A DNA stretch of 64,000 nt from Kiritimatiellia bacterium (GTDB lineage Bacteria; Verrucomicrobiota; Kiritimatiellia; RFP12; UBA1067), in contig JAZLMG010000057.1 in NCBI GenBank assembly GCA_045598585.1, positions 9,832 to 73,831 of the forward strand, read 5' to 3'. Made by a program: the position numbers and the translations under genes. The notes beneath the pieces are model-generated. The model made no database searches and was not told the DNA's origin. It was given only the letters and a program-made list of their open reading frames with translations. This document shows positions 29,166-39,545 of the stretch, piece after piece. Numbering within the stretch: position 1 is the stretch's first letter; every line of letters starts with the position of its first letter.

Positions 29166-30352
29166 TGCTCAGCTATTCCTTCCAACAATTCGAACATCTG
29201 ATCGAGCGTGTCGATATCATGGACGCCTTCGCGCTTGGGATAGATTATGAGCGGTACTTTCCATACTGAAGGCGAATTGTTGTCGCGCCAGGAGTTCGAA
29301 TCAGGTGATTCGCCATGATCGCTTACGTAGACAAGCGTCGTATTCTCAGGGATCACCTTTTTGAGTGATCCAAGCACTGAATCTGTGTACAAGATGGAAC
29401 GATCGTAGGCATCGAAATCCTCCGGCGACTTGAACCATGGAGGGACACGATGTTCGGGCGGATAGTGGCTACCACAAAGTTGCACGAAAATAATGAAAGG
29501 TCGACCGTCATACATCACCATCTCGCGACGTATGTAGTCAACCATCTCTTCGTCCGGCGAGACCCAACTTTCATTGGTATAAATACGCGTCTCACAAGCC
29601 CCAAAGACAAGATGCTCGACACCACAATACCTACCCCACTTCGGTTGACCTCCAATAAAAATCGGGCGATACCCCTTCTTACGAAAAGACACGGCCGAAG
29701 TTTCCTTGGCCTTTCCGGGTGCTGCGGCACTTGCGCGAGTAAACATCATACGAATCGAGCGAACGGTATCCGGATAATTCGGTCTCACAGGGCCTAAAAT
29801 CGTCATCTCCGTTTTCAAAGCATCGAGATTCGGAGTCGTCGGCTTTTCATACCCATAAAGCGACATTCTATCGGTGGTCATGCTCTCTCCGATAACGACC
29901 ACCAAATTCGGATTCTCTTTATCGGCGCGCACTTCACCTTCCTCTCCATCCCAATTCCCGGCTTCGATTAGTTCGGCATATTGAATCGTACCTCTAATCG
30001 TGTCGTATATGAGGTACATAGGCGGCCAAGTGAATTTGCAAACCATAATTCGCAAGGCGACATACGCGACAAAAGCCAAAACATAACCCCCAAAAACCCA
30101 CTTTCTGGCCATAAAAGAGAGCATCAAGATCCCAGCGACCAAAAAGGCAAATGCCGTAAAGGCATAAGTAATCTGCGTCCCGTAGAGACTGAAGAATTCC
30201 GACATTTCCTTCCAACTACTCGCAGCAATTATCAGAAACCAATCGCCATCGATGCGCATATTGAAAGTAAGCCCGGCGAAAAGCTCGATGACTTCAACAA
30301 AAGCGCACCAGCAAACCACTAATGCCAAGAGTGTCCTAAAAACTTTCTTCAT
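29162..30352 (-). CDS. Sulfatase-family membrane protein (phosphoethanolamine-transferase/EptA-like, short form)
   Basis: About 3 N-terminal TM helices, then an alkaline-phosphatase/sulfatase core (VVVIGESMTTDRMSLYGY, YVSDHGE). 396 aa, shorter than canonical EptA. Confidence 0.7.
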   Translation of the reverse strand: MKKVFRTLLALVVCWCAFVEVIELFAGLTFNMRIDGDWFLIIAASSWKEMSEFFSLYGTQITYAFTAFAFLVAGILMLSFMARKWVFGGYVLAFVAYVALRIMVCKFTWPPMYLIYDTIRGTIQYAELIEAGNWDGEEGEVRADKENPNLVVVIGESMTTDRMSLYGYEKPTTPNLDALKTEMTILGPVRPNYPDTVRSIRMMFTRASAAAPGKAKETSAVSFRKKGYRPIFIGGQPKWGRYCGVEHLVFGACETRIYTNESWVSPDEEMVDYIRREMVMYDGRPFIIFVQLCGSHYPPEHRVPPWFKSPEDFDAYDRSILYTDSVLGSLKKVIPENTTLVYVSDHGESPDSNSWRDNNSPSVWKVPLIIYPKREGVHDIDTLDQMFELLEGIAEQ

Positions 30353-31329
30353 ACGCGATTTAAGATTCCAAATAGTGTTCTCGCCTGAGTTACAGGAGAA
30401 ATAAGCGATTTTGCCGCGTCAATGTTGGCCGCATACTTCGAATAGTTCGCCTTGACCTCGAGAAGCGCCGCGCGTAAAGAAGCGGCGGAATCGAAAACGA
30501 GGCCGCAATTTGTAGTGCGCACGATTTTCTCCGCGCCCATCCCACGACTTACGAGCACGACAGCACCCGCATTTATGGCGTCGTTGACTCTGACCCCCCA
30601 AGGCTCGTCTTCGCCCGCACTGATGACGATGTCCGCTTCAAGATAGGAGGACTTGACCTCTTCCTCGCTTAAGAAATTCGGCATCTTAAGCTCGAATCCC
30701 TCGAGCCCTTCGAGCGCCTTTAGAATTGTCTTTTCGCCGCGTCCCGCACGTCCGAGAGTCGCAGGCGCGAAAACTTTGTGAGGAAGTTTCGGCTCGCGCG
30801 CGGCGCCTTCGACGAGAGGAGCGGGGAAATAACCGAAGGAGTGGATCTTCTCTTCCGGCCAGCCGATCAATCTCGCACGCGCACACATGTCGCCCGAAAA
30901 ATCAATAAAGCCGTCAACCTTGTTTATGACGTCTTTAACGATGAGCTTGAGGGCCGTACGAAGATAAATCGGCCAAAGGTAGCGCTTGAAGCCGGAAAGC
31001 GCGTTCCACGGCTCTTCGCTGATGATGAAAACCTTATCTCCGCGCGCTTTCGCTTCGAGGGCGACGTGGCGCATAGTGGGAGAGACTTGATAAGCGGCGA
31101 CAAGATGAGTCGCGCCGCAAGTTTCCTTTAAGATAGCGTCGGCACGCGGCAGATTTTCGCCGAGAATCTCAAAATCAAGCGCGGTGAATTCCTTTTCATC
31201 GACGCCTTGGGCTCGGCGATATGCGGGAACGCCTTCGAGCGCGACGAGGCGAACCGGCGCAAGGCGCGAGAGCTCCGTGTAGAGCGCGTAAGTGCTGCGG
31301 CAAAGCGAATGGGCCCAGATTACGATCAT
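30349..31329 (-). CDS. Glycosyltransferase (GT-B fold, family uncertain)
   Basis: 326 aa. C-terminal EADIVISAGEDEPWGVRVNDAINAGAVVL resembles the GT1/GT4 donor-binding region. Lies in a glycan gene cluster. Confidence 0.5.
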   Translation of the reverse strand: MIVIWAHSLCRSTYALYTELSRLAPVRLVALEGVPAYRRAQGVDEKEFTALDFEILGENLPRADAILKETCGATHLVAAYQVSPTMRHVALEAKARGDKVFIISEEPWNALSGFKRYLWPIYLRTALKLIVKDVINKVDGFIDFSGDMCARARLIGWPEEKIHSFGYFPAPLVEGAAREPKLPHKVFAPATLGRAGRGEKTILKALEGLEGFELKMPNFLSEEEVKSSYLEADIVISAGEDEPWGVRVNDAINAGAVVLVSRGMGAEKIVRTTNCGLVFDSAASLRAALLEVKANYSKYAANIDAAKSLISPVTQARTLFGILNRV

Positions 31330-32052
31330 TTACCACCCAGCCTTTCCGTCCAAGAGCGCATCGATCGCCGCGCCCACGATTCGCCGCGCCTTCCACCAAA
31401 GCCGCCTACTAAAACGCGTTTCTTTCGAGACGTCATAGCGAGTGCCGAGATTCGAAACAAATTCGGTTTCTTGTTGCGAAGAGATAGGCGGATTAACGCG
31501 AAAAAGCTCGATCCAACCCTTGTGCTGATAATAGCCCCACCAATCAAGCGGCACGCGAATCGGCGTTTGCTTTTCAAGGAGCATCGAAGCCGCTTCTCGC
31601 CCGATTACATACGCTTCGGAACAATGGTCCCATTCGGTTCGTTCGATTTTGATGAAAGCTTCGTCCTGCGACATCTTACCTATTCGGCCCCGCTTCGACT
31701 CTCGATGATCCGCTAAAAGAACGATAGCTCTCGGATTAGAAGCTACAAATGAAGCCGCTTTATCAACAACGATTTCGAAACCGTCTGCCAGCAGCGCATC
31801 GTCCTCAAAAATCGCCGCGCACAATTCGTTCGTCGTAAGAAAGCGTCGCCACGCTTCTTTGTGGCTCTCGGCGCAACCGAGCTCGCCTTCTACTCGCGGC
31901 CTCAAGACGGCACACCACCAACGAAACGCGCTCACATCGCCGGTAGTCTTCGCCGAGATTCGCTCGAAAGTGCCTAGCTGCGACTTCTGAAAATCAAGCC
32001 GCTCAGTATCTTTATCGAGATTGATGACATATTTTACCATGCCAGCACCCAA
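31330..32052 (-). CDS. Glycosyltransferase family 25 (LPS biosynthesis, Lic2B/LgtB-like)
   Basis: MVKYVINLDKDTERL N-terminus is diagnostic of GT25. Confidence 0.7.
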   Translation of the reverse strand: MGAGMVKYVINLDKDTERLDFQKSQLGTFERISAKTTGDVSAFRWWCAVLRPRVEGELGCAESHKEAWRRFLTTNELCAAIFEDDALLADGFEIVVDKAASFVASNPRAIVLLADHRESKRGRIGKMSQDEAFIKIERTEWDHCSEAYVIGREAASMLLEKQTPIRVPLDWWGYYQHKGWIELFRVNPPISSQQETEFVSNLGTRYDVSKETRFSRRLWWKARRIVGAAIDALLDGKAGW

Positions 32053-32867
32053 AAGAATTTAATCGTCCATTTTAGACGGTATTTAGCAGAGAGCCCCCGT
32101 CCAAGCATAAGCTCCTTAAGCGCAGGTAAAAGCGCGGCAACAAGCGCCTTTCGAGCGATACGACGAAGCTCAACATCAGTGCGATGGAGGATATTATTCC
32201 AAGTCCAATAGGCACCGATAGCTGCCGCGAGGGCCGCTTCGCCCTTGTGATTTTTCGGAGCTTCCAGAAAGCGCCGACGACGAATATCGAACATAGTCAA
32301 ATCGTTTTCTCGTACCTTCGAATCGATCAAACTGCCCTTGCTATGATGATAAAGATAAAGCTTTTGACAAAGATAAACAAGACTCTTCGCTCGTTCCAAA
32401 ACTCGCGGTAATAGAAGATAGTCTTCAGCTATGCGAACTTCTTCATCAAACAAAAGACCATCCCAAAGCGAGCGATGAGTTACATAAAGCCACAAGGCGG
32501 AGGGTCTCGCCATATCTCGCATAACGTCGCGTCTTAGGTCCTCGATTGTCGCCGTCTTTACATTCCAACTCGATTCGTTGGCATAATCCCACCCCACAAG
32601 CTCCGCGTCAAAAGTTATGACATCAGGATTAGAAGTTGAGATGGTTGCGAGAATCTTTTCGAGCCACTCGTCAGCGACTTCGTCATCACTATCAACCCAC
32701 GCGATATAGTCGCCCTGCGCTTTCCGTAATCCCTCGTTCCTCGCCTTGCCGACCGAGGAAACGCCTTTGACAACAACTATCTCAACATCATTGTGCCCGA
32801 AAACGACTCTCGTAAGCGATTCAGGGACAATTCCTTCCAAGCTCGGCACTATGATGCTTAATTTCAT
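32034..32867 (-). CDS. Glycosyltransferase family 2
   Basis: MKLSIIVPS and the AWVDSDDEV DxD-type motif in a GT-A fold. Confidence 0.75.
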   Translation of the reverse strand: MKLSIIVPSLEGIVPESLTRVVFGHNDVEIVVVKGVSSVGKARNEGLRKAQGDYIAWVDSDDEVADEWLEKILATISTSNPDVITFDAELVGWDYANESSWNVKTATIEDLRRDVMRDMARPSALWLYVTHRSLWDGLLFDEEVRIAEDYLLLPRVLERAKSLVYLCQKLYLYHHSKGSLIDSKVRENDLTMFDIRRRRFLEAPKNHKGEAALAAAIGAYWTWNNILHRTDVELRRIARKALVAALLPALKELMLGRGLSAKYRLKWTIKFFWVLAW

Positions 32868-32888
32868 TTAAGGCCGAAAAAACGAAGT

Positions 32889-34529
32889 TTACAGGCCGTT
32901 TTGGCGGGCGATGAGAGCTTCGCCGCCATACAGCTTGCGGAGCTTCGGCTTTTCGATCTTGCCCGTGGGATTACGCGGAACAGGCGCGAAGATGACTTTG
33001 CGAGGACGCTTGTAGCGCGGCAAATCGAGACAGAAATCGTTGAACTCCGATTCAGTAAGTATCATCCCTTCCTTCACCTCCACAATCGCCGCAGCAATTT
33101 CGCCAAGACGAGCATCGGGAAGCCCGATTACCGCAACATCCTTGATCGCGTTGTTGGCACGAAGGAAGTCTTCAATCTGAACAGGATAAAGGTTTTCGCC
33201 GCCCGTAATGATCACGTCTTTCGCGCGGTCGACAAGATAAATGAATCCGTCGCGCTCTTCGGCCATGTCGCCCGTTAAGAGCCAACCATCCGGCTTCAAG
33301 ATTTCGGCCGTCGCCTGAGGATTCTTGTAATATTCACGCATGACGCCGGGGCCCTTGATCGCAAGTTCGCCGACTTCGCCCGGTGCGACTTCTTCCATCG
33401 ACTGACCCTTCACGATCTTCGTTTCCCAGCCGAAACCGGCCTTGCCGATAGCGCCGACGTGATCGATGTTCTCGACGCCGAGGTGAACGGCACCGGGGCC
33501 CGTCGATTCGCTAAGCCCGTAGTTCGTATCATAATCGTGATGCGGGAAAACTTCTTTCCAACGCTTGATCAAGGACGGCGGAACGGGCTGAGCGCCGATA
33601 TGCATAAGACGCCACTGTGAAAGCGTGTAATCATCGAGCTTCACTTCGCCGCGGTCGATCGCATCGAGAATGTCCTGAGCCCAAGGAACGAGAAGCCAAA
33701 CGATCGAGCAGCGCTCTTCGGAAACGGCTCTGAGAATCCACTCGGGCTTCACACCCTTCAATAAGACCGCCTTCGCGCCGACGAGCAAAGAGCCGAACCA
33801 GTGCATCTTCGCGCCCGTATGATACAAGGGCGGAATGCAAAGGAAGATATCGTCCTTAGTCTGGCCATGGTGAGCTTGTTCAACTTTGGCCGAATGAAGG
33901 AGGCAGTGGTGTTGCAAGACGATCGCCTTCGGGAAGCCGGTCGTACCCGAGGAGAAGTAAATCGCGGCATCATCGTCCGTCTTCATTTCGACGACGGGCT
34001 TCGAGGACGAAGCGTAATCAACGAGCTTTTGGTAACTCAAAGCGAAAGTCGGACAATCATCCCCGACATAAGCGAGCATCTTCACCTTCGGAATGCGCGT
34101 AACGATTTGCTCGACGCGGCCCACGAACTCGGGCCCGAAAACAAGGCCTTCGCAATCGGCCAAGTCAAGGCAGTACTTGATTTCATCGGCCGTATAGCGG
34201 AAGTTCATCGGAACGGCCATGCAGCCCGCTTTCAAGATGCCGAAATAGACGGGAAGCCATTCGAGGCAATTCATAAGAAGAATCGCGATTTTGTCGCCCT
34301 TCTTGTAACCGCGCGCCAAAAGAAGATTCGCGAACTTGTTCGCCTTCTCATCGAACTTCGCCCAAGTCATCTTCGAATAGAACTTGTCGACGGGAGAAGA
34401 CTCGATAAGCGAATATTCGCGCCAAGTAGTGCGCTTCGCATCGAGCTCCTGAGGATTGATTTCGACGAGAGCGATGTTGTTAGGACGTTCGACCGCCCAC
34501 TGTTCCAAAAGTTCGCAAATGGTTTCCAT
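32889..34529 (-). CDS. AMP-dependent acyl-CoA synthetase/ligase (FadD-like)
   Basis: Start at METICELL (M22 of the ORF), overlapping the aroE-aroK TAA (TAATG). AMP-binding motif IYFSSGTTGFPKA, YGLSE and GWLLTGD. Confidence 0.8.
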   Translation of the reverse strand: METICELLEQWAVERPNNIALVEINPQELDAKRTTWREYSLIESSPVDKFYSKMTWAKFDEKANKFANLLLARGYKKGDKIAILLMNCLEWLPVYFGILKAGCMAVPMNFRYTADEIKYCLDLADCEGLVFGPEFVGRVEQIVTRIPKVKMLAYVGDDCPTFALSYQKLVDYASSSKPVVEMKTDDDAAIYFSSGTTGFPKAIVLQHHCLLHSAKVEQAHHGQTKDDIFLCIPPLYHTGAKMHWFGSLLVGAKAVLLKGVKPEWILRAVSEERCSIVWLLVPWAQDILDAIDRGEVKLDDYTLSQWRLMHIGAQPVPPSLIKRWKEVFPHHDYDTNYGLSESTGPGAVHLGVENIDHVGAIGKAGFGWETKIVKGQSMEEVAPGEVGELAIKGPGVMREYYKNPQATAEILKPDGWLLTGDMAEERDGFIYLVDRAKDVIITGGENLYPVQIEDFLRANNAIKDVAVIGLPDARLGEIAAAIVEVKEGMILTESEFNDFCLDLPRYKRPRKVIFAPVPRNPTGKIEKPKLRKLYGGEALIARQNGL

Positions 34530-35686
34530 TAGAGCTTCTCCATCATGGTTTTGAAAGTGACTTTTTCGGTGAAAGATTGATAATGATCCCAACGCGCGGC
34601 AAGGAGCGCATCCATCTTCGCCTTCGCCCCGCCTTTGAGTAAGGGACGCGCCGCCTCCAAGGCCGCTGCACGCGCGACAAGGTCTTCTTTCGTCGCGTCG
34701 ATATAGATTATGCGCCCGGTCGCTTCGGCAACGCGACGATTCTCGTCTCTCAGGAGCGTCCCGCCGCCCAAAGAAACGACCTTATTCCCGGTCTTGGAAA
34801 TATCGAAAAGCGTCGCCGCTTCGAAATCACGGAAATACTTTTCACCCTTCTCGGCGAAAATGGTCGGAATAGATGTCCCTTCGCGCTTTTCGATTTCTTC
34901 ATCTAGGTCGATGAATTCGACGCCGCGCTTTTCGGCGTACTTCTTCCCCAAGGTCGACTTGCCCGAGCCGGGAGCGCCGTAGAAGTAGAGATTCGCATTC
35001 ATGTAAGCGGAGGCCTTTTTCGCCTGCTCGACAAGCATGAGCCATCCACCGACCGCTATTTTTCCACGCTTCTTGGCATCGGCCAAAAGCATGGTCTCTT
35101 CGGGATTGTAGATCAAATCAATTACCGCTTCGGCCTTCGGAAACGATTCCATCGAAACGGGAGCGAAATCGACTTTCGGAAACATTCCGACGGGAGTACC
35201 GTTCACGACGAGCGCGGCATCTTGATGACGAGAAAGATTCGTATAGTTATCCTCGCCAGAGCGGGAAATGTTGACGACGGGATCGGCGCCGAGTTCACGA
35301 AGGACTACCGCGGCAGTTGTCGCCGCGCCACCCGAGCCGAGAACGACGCACTTCTTACCCTTAACGTCGACTCCCGTTTTCTCGACGAGGCAAGCGAACC
35401 CGTAGGCGTCGGTATTGTCCCCGAAGAGCTTCCCATCAAGCCCTTTCACGACGACATTGCAGTTCCCGAGTTTTTTGGCAATCGGAGAAACGGCATCGCA
35501 AAGCGAGAAAGCTTTTCTTTTATAAGGAATCGTCACATTGATCGCGTCGTAATCCCCATTTTTAAGGAAGCTTTCCACTTCTTCGGGAGTTTTTTCAATA
35601 AGCTTATATTCGTAAGAACCGAGCCCCGCATGAATTTCGGGGGAGCGGCTATGTCCGAGCTTTTCGCCTAAAAGTCCGCACTTCAT
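34529..35686 (-). CDS. aroE/aroK: Bifunctional shikimate dehydrogenase / shikimate kinase fusion
   Basis: N-terminal AroE (GEKLGHSRSPEIH, NTDAYG, GSGGAATTAAV). C-terminal P-loop shikimate kinase (YFYGAPGSGKSTLGKKYAEK). 385 aa in total. Confidence 0.8.
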   Translation of the reverse strand: MKCGLLGEKLGHSRSPEIHAGLGSYEYKLIEKTPEEVESFLKNGDYDAINVTIPYKRKAFSLCDAVSPIAKKLGNCNVVVKGLDGKLFGDNTDAYGFACLVEKTGVDVKGKKCVVLGSGGAATTAAVVLRELGADPVVNISRSGEDNYTNLSRHQDAALVVNGTPVGMFPKVDFAPVSMESFPKAEAVIDLIYNPEETMLLADAKKRGKIAVGGWLMLVEQAKKASAYMNANLYFYGAPGSGKSTLGKKYAEKRGVEFIDLDEEIEKREGTSIPTIFAEKGEKYFRDFEAATLFDISKTGNKVVSLGGGTLLRDENRRVAEATGRIIYIDATKEDLVARAAALEAARPLLKGGAKAKMDALLAARWDHYQSFTEKVTFKTMMEKL

Positions 35687-36459
35687 TTCGAGAGCTCTTT
35701 AATGCGCTTGCCTTCTTTCAAAAGCGCCTTTAAAGTTTCGGAGTCGGACGAATCGATAGCGCGCTTAAAAGTTGTAAGTCGCTCGATCAAACGCCCGAGG
35801 ACAATCGAGAGATCGTCCTTATTGGAGAGAAAAAGATCGTTCCAAATATCGGCTTCGACAACGGCGACTCGCGTCATGTCCTGGAAAGAACCTGCGGAAA
35901 AACCCATGTGACCGGTCGCAATCGGATCTTGGACATAAGCGGACGAAACGACGTGAGCAAGCTGGCTCGTATAAGCGATCATCTCGTCGTGATGTTGAGG
36001 CGTCGTGACGACCACGCGAGCAAAACCGATCGAGAGCATAAGCGATTTAAGTTCCTCGACTTTCTCCGAAGGCGTCCACTCGTAAGGCGTCAAAATCATC
36101 GACGCGCCCTTGTAAAGCTTCGCATCGCTCATCGCATAGCCGCAGCGCTCTTTACCGGCCATCGGGTGACCGCCGATATAAGTCCAGTTAGCGCGCTTAG
36201 CCGTTTCTTCAAGCTCAGAGAGAACGACGCGCTTAACGCCCGCAACATCGGTAATCAACGCGCCGGGCTTGAAGTCCGCAGCATGTTCCCTAATCCAAGG
36301 CGCGACCATTAAAGGCGGAAGCGCGACGATGATAAGATCGCACGAGCTGATTAAAGAAGCGTCGGCACCTTTAAGATTAAGCGCCCGGTCGCCTCTTTCG
36401 ATAAAGGCCTTTTCGAAGGAGCCGCCGATAAGTCCGAGACCACGAATGCCGACGATCAT
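35683..36459 (-). CDS. tyrA: Prephenate dehydrogenase
   Basis: Start at MIVGIRGLGLIGGSF (M32 of the ORF); ATGA overlap with the aroC stop. Rossmann GxGxxG and the TyrA fold. Confidence 0.75.
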   Translation of the reverse strand: MIVGIRGLGLIGGSFEKAFIERGDRALNLKGADASLISSCDLIIVALPPLMVAPWIREHAADFKPGALITDVAGVKRVVLSELEETAKRANWTYIGGHPMAGKERCGYAMSDAKLYKGASMILTPYEWTPSEKVEELKSLMLSIGFARVVVTTPQHHDEMIAYTSQLAHVVSSAYVQDPIATGHMGFSAGSFQDMTRVAVVEADIWNDLFLSNKDDLSIVLGRLIERLTTFKRAIDSSDSETLKALLKEGKRIKELSK

Positions 36460-37442
36460 ATCGCCTGTTCCTTCCGGCGTTCGAGATAGGCATCGAGAAT
36501 CGCAACCGCTGCCGCCGCTTCGACGACAGGAACGGCGCGCAAAGCGATACAAGGATCGTGACGACCTTTGATAGAGAGCGTCGCGTCTTCCATTTTCGTT
36601 AAATCGACGGAAGCTTGGTCTTTGAAAATCGAGGGAGTGGGCTTAATGGCAACACGGAAAACAATCGGCGCGCCCGTCGTAATGCCGCCCAAGATTCCAC
36701 CCGCATTGTTGGTAACGGGCTTAACCTTCCCGTCAACCATACGATAAGGATCGTTATTCTCCGAGCCCTTCATCGAGGCAACCTTGAAGCCCGCACCGAA
36801 CTCGAGACCTTTGACGGCGGGAATGCCGAAAACGACTTGGGCAATGCGGTTTTCCATGCCGAGGAACATGGGGTTTCCAAGTCCCGCAGGGCAGCCGACA
36901 ACCTCACATTCGATAAGCCCACCGACGGAATCACCTTCGGCTTTCGCCTTAAGAATCGTTTCCTTATCAACATTCGCTTTCGCCGAAATCGTTATCCCGA
37001 GGCGCTTCAAAAGCTGAATCGCTATACCGCCCACGATGCACAAAGGCGCGGTCAACCGACCCGAGAAATGACCGCCGCCCGCACGATCTTGAAAGCCCCC
37101 GAATTTAACTTCGGCGGGATAATCGGCGTGGCCGGGACGCGGCAAAATCGCGAGATTGCCGTAGTCCTGAGAACGGGTATTCGTGTTGCGGATAATCGCG
37201 GCGATTGGAGAGCCGGTAGTAAAGCCATTCTTTAGCCCACTCAAGAATTCGGGCTGATCAGGTTCTTTACGGGAAGTCGAAGTCTCGTCTCGCCCGGGAG
37301 CGCGGCGCTCCAAGAACGCTTGAAGTTCGTCGAGGTCGATTCTTGAGCCCGCAGGGAGGCCTTCGATATTGACCCCGATTGCTGCGGAGTGAGACTCGCC
37401 GAAAATCGAGAAGCGAAGATTCTGACCGAAAGAGCTGCTCAT
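36456..37442 (-). CDS. aroC: Chorismate synthase
   Basis: Start at MSSSFGQNLRFSIFGESHS (M12 of the ORF); ATGA overlap with the aroA stop. Conserved AroC motifs throughout. Confidence 0.85.
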   Translation of the reverse strand: MSSSFGQNLRFSIFGESHSAAIGVNIEGLPAGSRIDLDELQAFLERRAPGRDETSTSRKEPDQPEFLSGLKNGFTTGSPIAAIIRNTNTRSQDYGNLAILPRPGHADYPAEVKFGGFQDRAGGGHFSGRLTAPLCIVGGIAIQLLKRLGITISAKANVDKETILKAKAEGDSVGGLIECEVVGCPAGLGNPMFLGMENRIAQVVFGIPAVKGLEFGAGFKVASMKGSENNDPYRMVDGKVKPVTNNAGGILGGITTGAPIVFRVAIKPTPSIFKDQASVDLTKMEDATLSIKGRHDPCIALRAVPVVEAAAAVAILDAYLERRKEQAI

Positions 37443-38491
37443 CGAATTACCTCCAAACTGTCGAAATCCTTCCAAAAGCCGGGATAGGACTTGTTGACGA
37501 CTTGATCATCATCGACAATCACGGGTCCAGTCGAACCGGTAGCCAAAACCGCCGCGCTCATCGCGATTCGATGATCGTTGCATGTCATGACTTTGCCGCC
37601 CGAAAGCGAGGTCTTACCTCGAACAATCAGCGTATCGCCCTCGATTCGCGCGTCGCCTCCTACCGCGTTAACCATCGCGCAAGTCGACTCGAGGCGGTCG
37701 CTTTCTTTGATCCTGAGACGTGCACAATTGACAAAACGCGTTTCACCGGGCGTGAAAGCGGCATGTGCGGCAAGAGCGGGAATCAGATCGGGAACAGGAC
37801 CCGCATCAACTTCGCGTTCGTTCAAGAGCTTAAAAACGGCTCGATCGCCCTGAGAAGACGAATAGTCTACACCTTCGATATTAACGCCCATCGCAAGGAA
37901 GAACGCGGCCTGAGACCAGTCGCCTTCAACCTCGCGGCCGCCTTCGATGGAATACTTTTGGCCACCCTTGATCTTCCAACCAAGTCTCGTGCGCTCGACT
38001 TCGATATGAGCGGCCTTTAGCATATTCTCGGTTAAAGTCACGTAAGCAGCCGACTGAAGGCCGCCCTCAATCTGAATTTCGGAGTCCCAATCGGCCATAG
38101 GAAGCGCCATCAAAAGCCCGGAAACGAACTGGGAAGAGACATTCCCCGGGATGATGTACAAGCTCTTCTTCTCGAAAGGCATCGTCGGACGCTCGGCTAG
38201 TCGCCCTTCACACTTAAACGCACCTTTCGCGCCGAGGACTCCCGCTATCGGAGTCAAGAAACGTAAAGTCGAGCCCGACTCGCCACACGGCCAAACGCTC
38301 TCGCCTAAACGCATCGCTTCCAGACACGCGTAAGTAGCAGTCGTATCTTTCGAAGGCCCGTAAATTTTCGGCTGAGGGACACCGCTCAAAAAGGCCGCGA
38401 TGATTTCACGATGAGCAACCGACTTCGAAGACGGCACCCTAATCGTGCCGCGGCGCTTACCGGGAAGAATGATTCGCTCGTTAGCGGCCAT
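37439..38491 (-). CDS. aroA: 3-phosphoshikimate 1-carboxyvinyltransferase (EPSP synthase), unusually short (350 aa)
   Basis: VPSSKSVAHR (LPGSKS-type), NVSSQF, DHRIAM and ESDRL motifs. About 80 aa shorter than typical AroA. Confidence 0.8.
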   Translation of the reverse strand: MAANERIILPGKRRGTIRVPSSKSVAHREIIAAFLSGVPQPKIYGPSKDTTATYACLEAMRLGESVWPCGESGSTLRFLTPIAGVLGAKGAFKCEGRLAERPTMPFEKKSLYIIPGNVSSQFVSGLLMALPMADWDSEIQIEGGLQSAAYVTLTENMLKAAHIEVERTRLGWKIKGGQKYSIEGGREVEGDWSQAAFFLAMGVNIEGVDYSSSQGDRAVFKLLNEREVDAGPVPDLIPALAAHAAFTPGETRFVNCARLRIKESDRLESTCAMVNAVGGDARIEGDTLIVRGKTSLSGGKVMTCNDHRIAMSAAVLATGSTGPVIVDDDQVVNKSYPGFWKDFDSLEVIR

Positions 38492-39536
38492 TGTCGATCA
38501 TCTCCTCGACTTTTTCAAGCGGAGTCTTTTGAGTTACACATTTGCCGATTTCAATAGGAAGAACGAAATCGATCGAGCCGGCGGCAACCTTCTTGTCTCC
38601 CATAATCGCATCGGCCATAGCCCCCGTAAAGAGGAGCGACGTCGGATCATAGCCCATCGCAGCAACGAGCGCGACGATACGCTCGCAATCATTCTCGGAA
38701 AGAAGACCGAGTTGGCGGGAAGAGCGCGCGGCAAAAGCGATGCCGGTCGAAATCGCATGACCGTGAGTCACATTGAAGTCGGAAAGCTTTTCGATCGCAT
38801 GACCGAACGTGTGACCGAGATTAAGAAGCTTTCTGACGCCCCCCTCCTTCTCGTCGATATTCACAATATCGCGCTTCATGCCGATGCACTTGGAAATCTC
38901 GACTTCGCCGATTTTGCGCTTCGGATAGCTTTCGAGAACCGAGAAGAGATCCTTATCGCCGAGAATCGCGTACTTAAGAACTTCGCCCATACCATCCTTA
39001 ATCCAAATATCGGGCAGAGTCTCAAGATAACTTACATCGCAGAAAACGGCGCGGGGCTGATGGAACGCGCCGACCAAGTTCTTACCCGAAGGAAGATCGA
39101 CACCCGTCTTACCTCCGACGGACGAATCGACCATCGCGAGAAGCGAAGTCGGAATCTGGATAAAGTCGATCCCGCGCATGAAAGTCGCCGCGGCAAAACC
39201 GGTCAAGTCCCCGGTAACGCCGCCCCCCAGCGCAACGAGCACATCCGTGCGAGCGAGGCGTTTTTCGGCGAGGAAATTGATGAGCGACGAATAGGTCGCA
39301 AGCGTCTTCGATTTTTCTCCCGCTTCGAAAGTGAAAAGCGAAGTTTCAAGATTAACGCCACGAAGCTCGCTTAAGACCTTTTCCGCGTGGAGAGGCGCGA
39401 CATTAGAGTCGCTGACTAAGACCACCTTACGAGCTTTCGTCAAGGTAGTCTTTATGAACATCGCAGCCTTATTCGCCGCGCCATAATCGACGACGACTTC
39501 GTAAGGGACTCCGGTTTCGACTTTAATGCGCGTCAT
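38481..39536 (-). CDS. aroB: 3-dehydroquinate synthase
   Basis: GGGVTGDLTGFAA and metal-binding HGH motifs of the DHQS fold. Confidence 0.9.
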   Translation of the reverse strand: MTRIKVETGVPYEVVVDYGAANKAAMFIKTTLTKARKVVLVSDSNVAPLHAEKVLSELRGVNLETSLFTFEAGEKSKTLATYSSLINFLAEKRLARTDVLVALGGGVTGDLTGFAAATFMRGIDFIQIPTSLLAMVDSSVGGKTGVDLPSGKNLVGAFHQPRAVFCDVSYLETLPDIWIKDGMGEVLKYAILGDKDLFSVLESYPKRKIGEVEISKCIGMKRDIVNIDEKEGGVRKLLNLGHTFGHAIEKLSDFNVTHGHAISTGIAFAARSSRQLGLLSENDCERIVALVAAMGYDPTSLLFTGAMADAIMGDKKVAAGSIDFVLPIEIGKCVTQKTPLEKVEEMIDNGR

Positions 39537-39545
39537 ATTTTTCAG

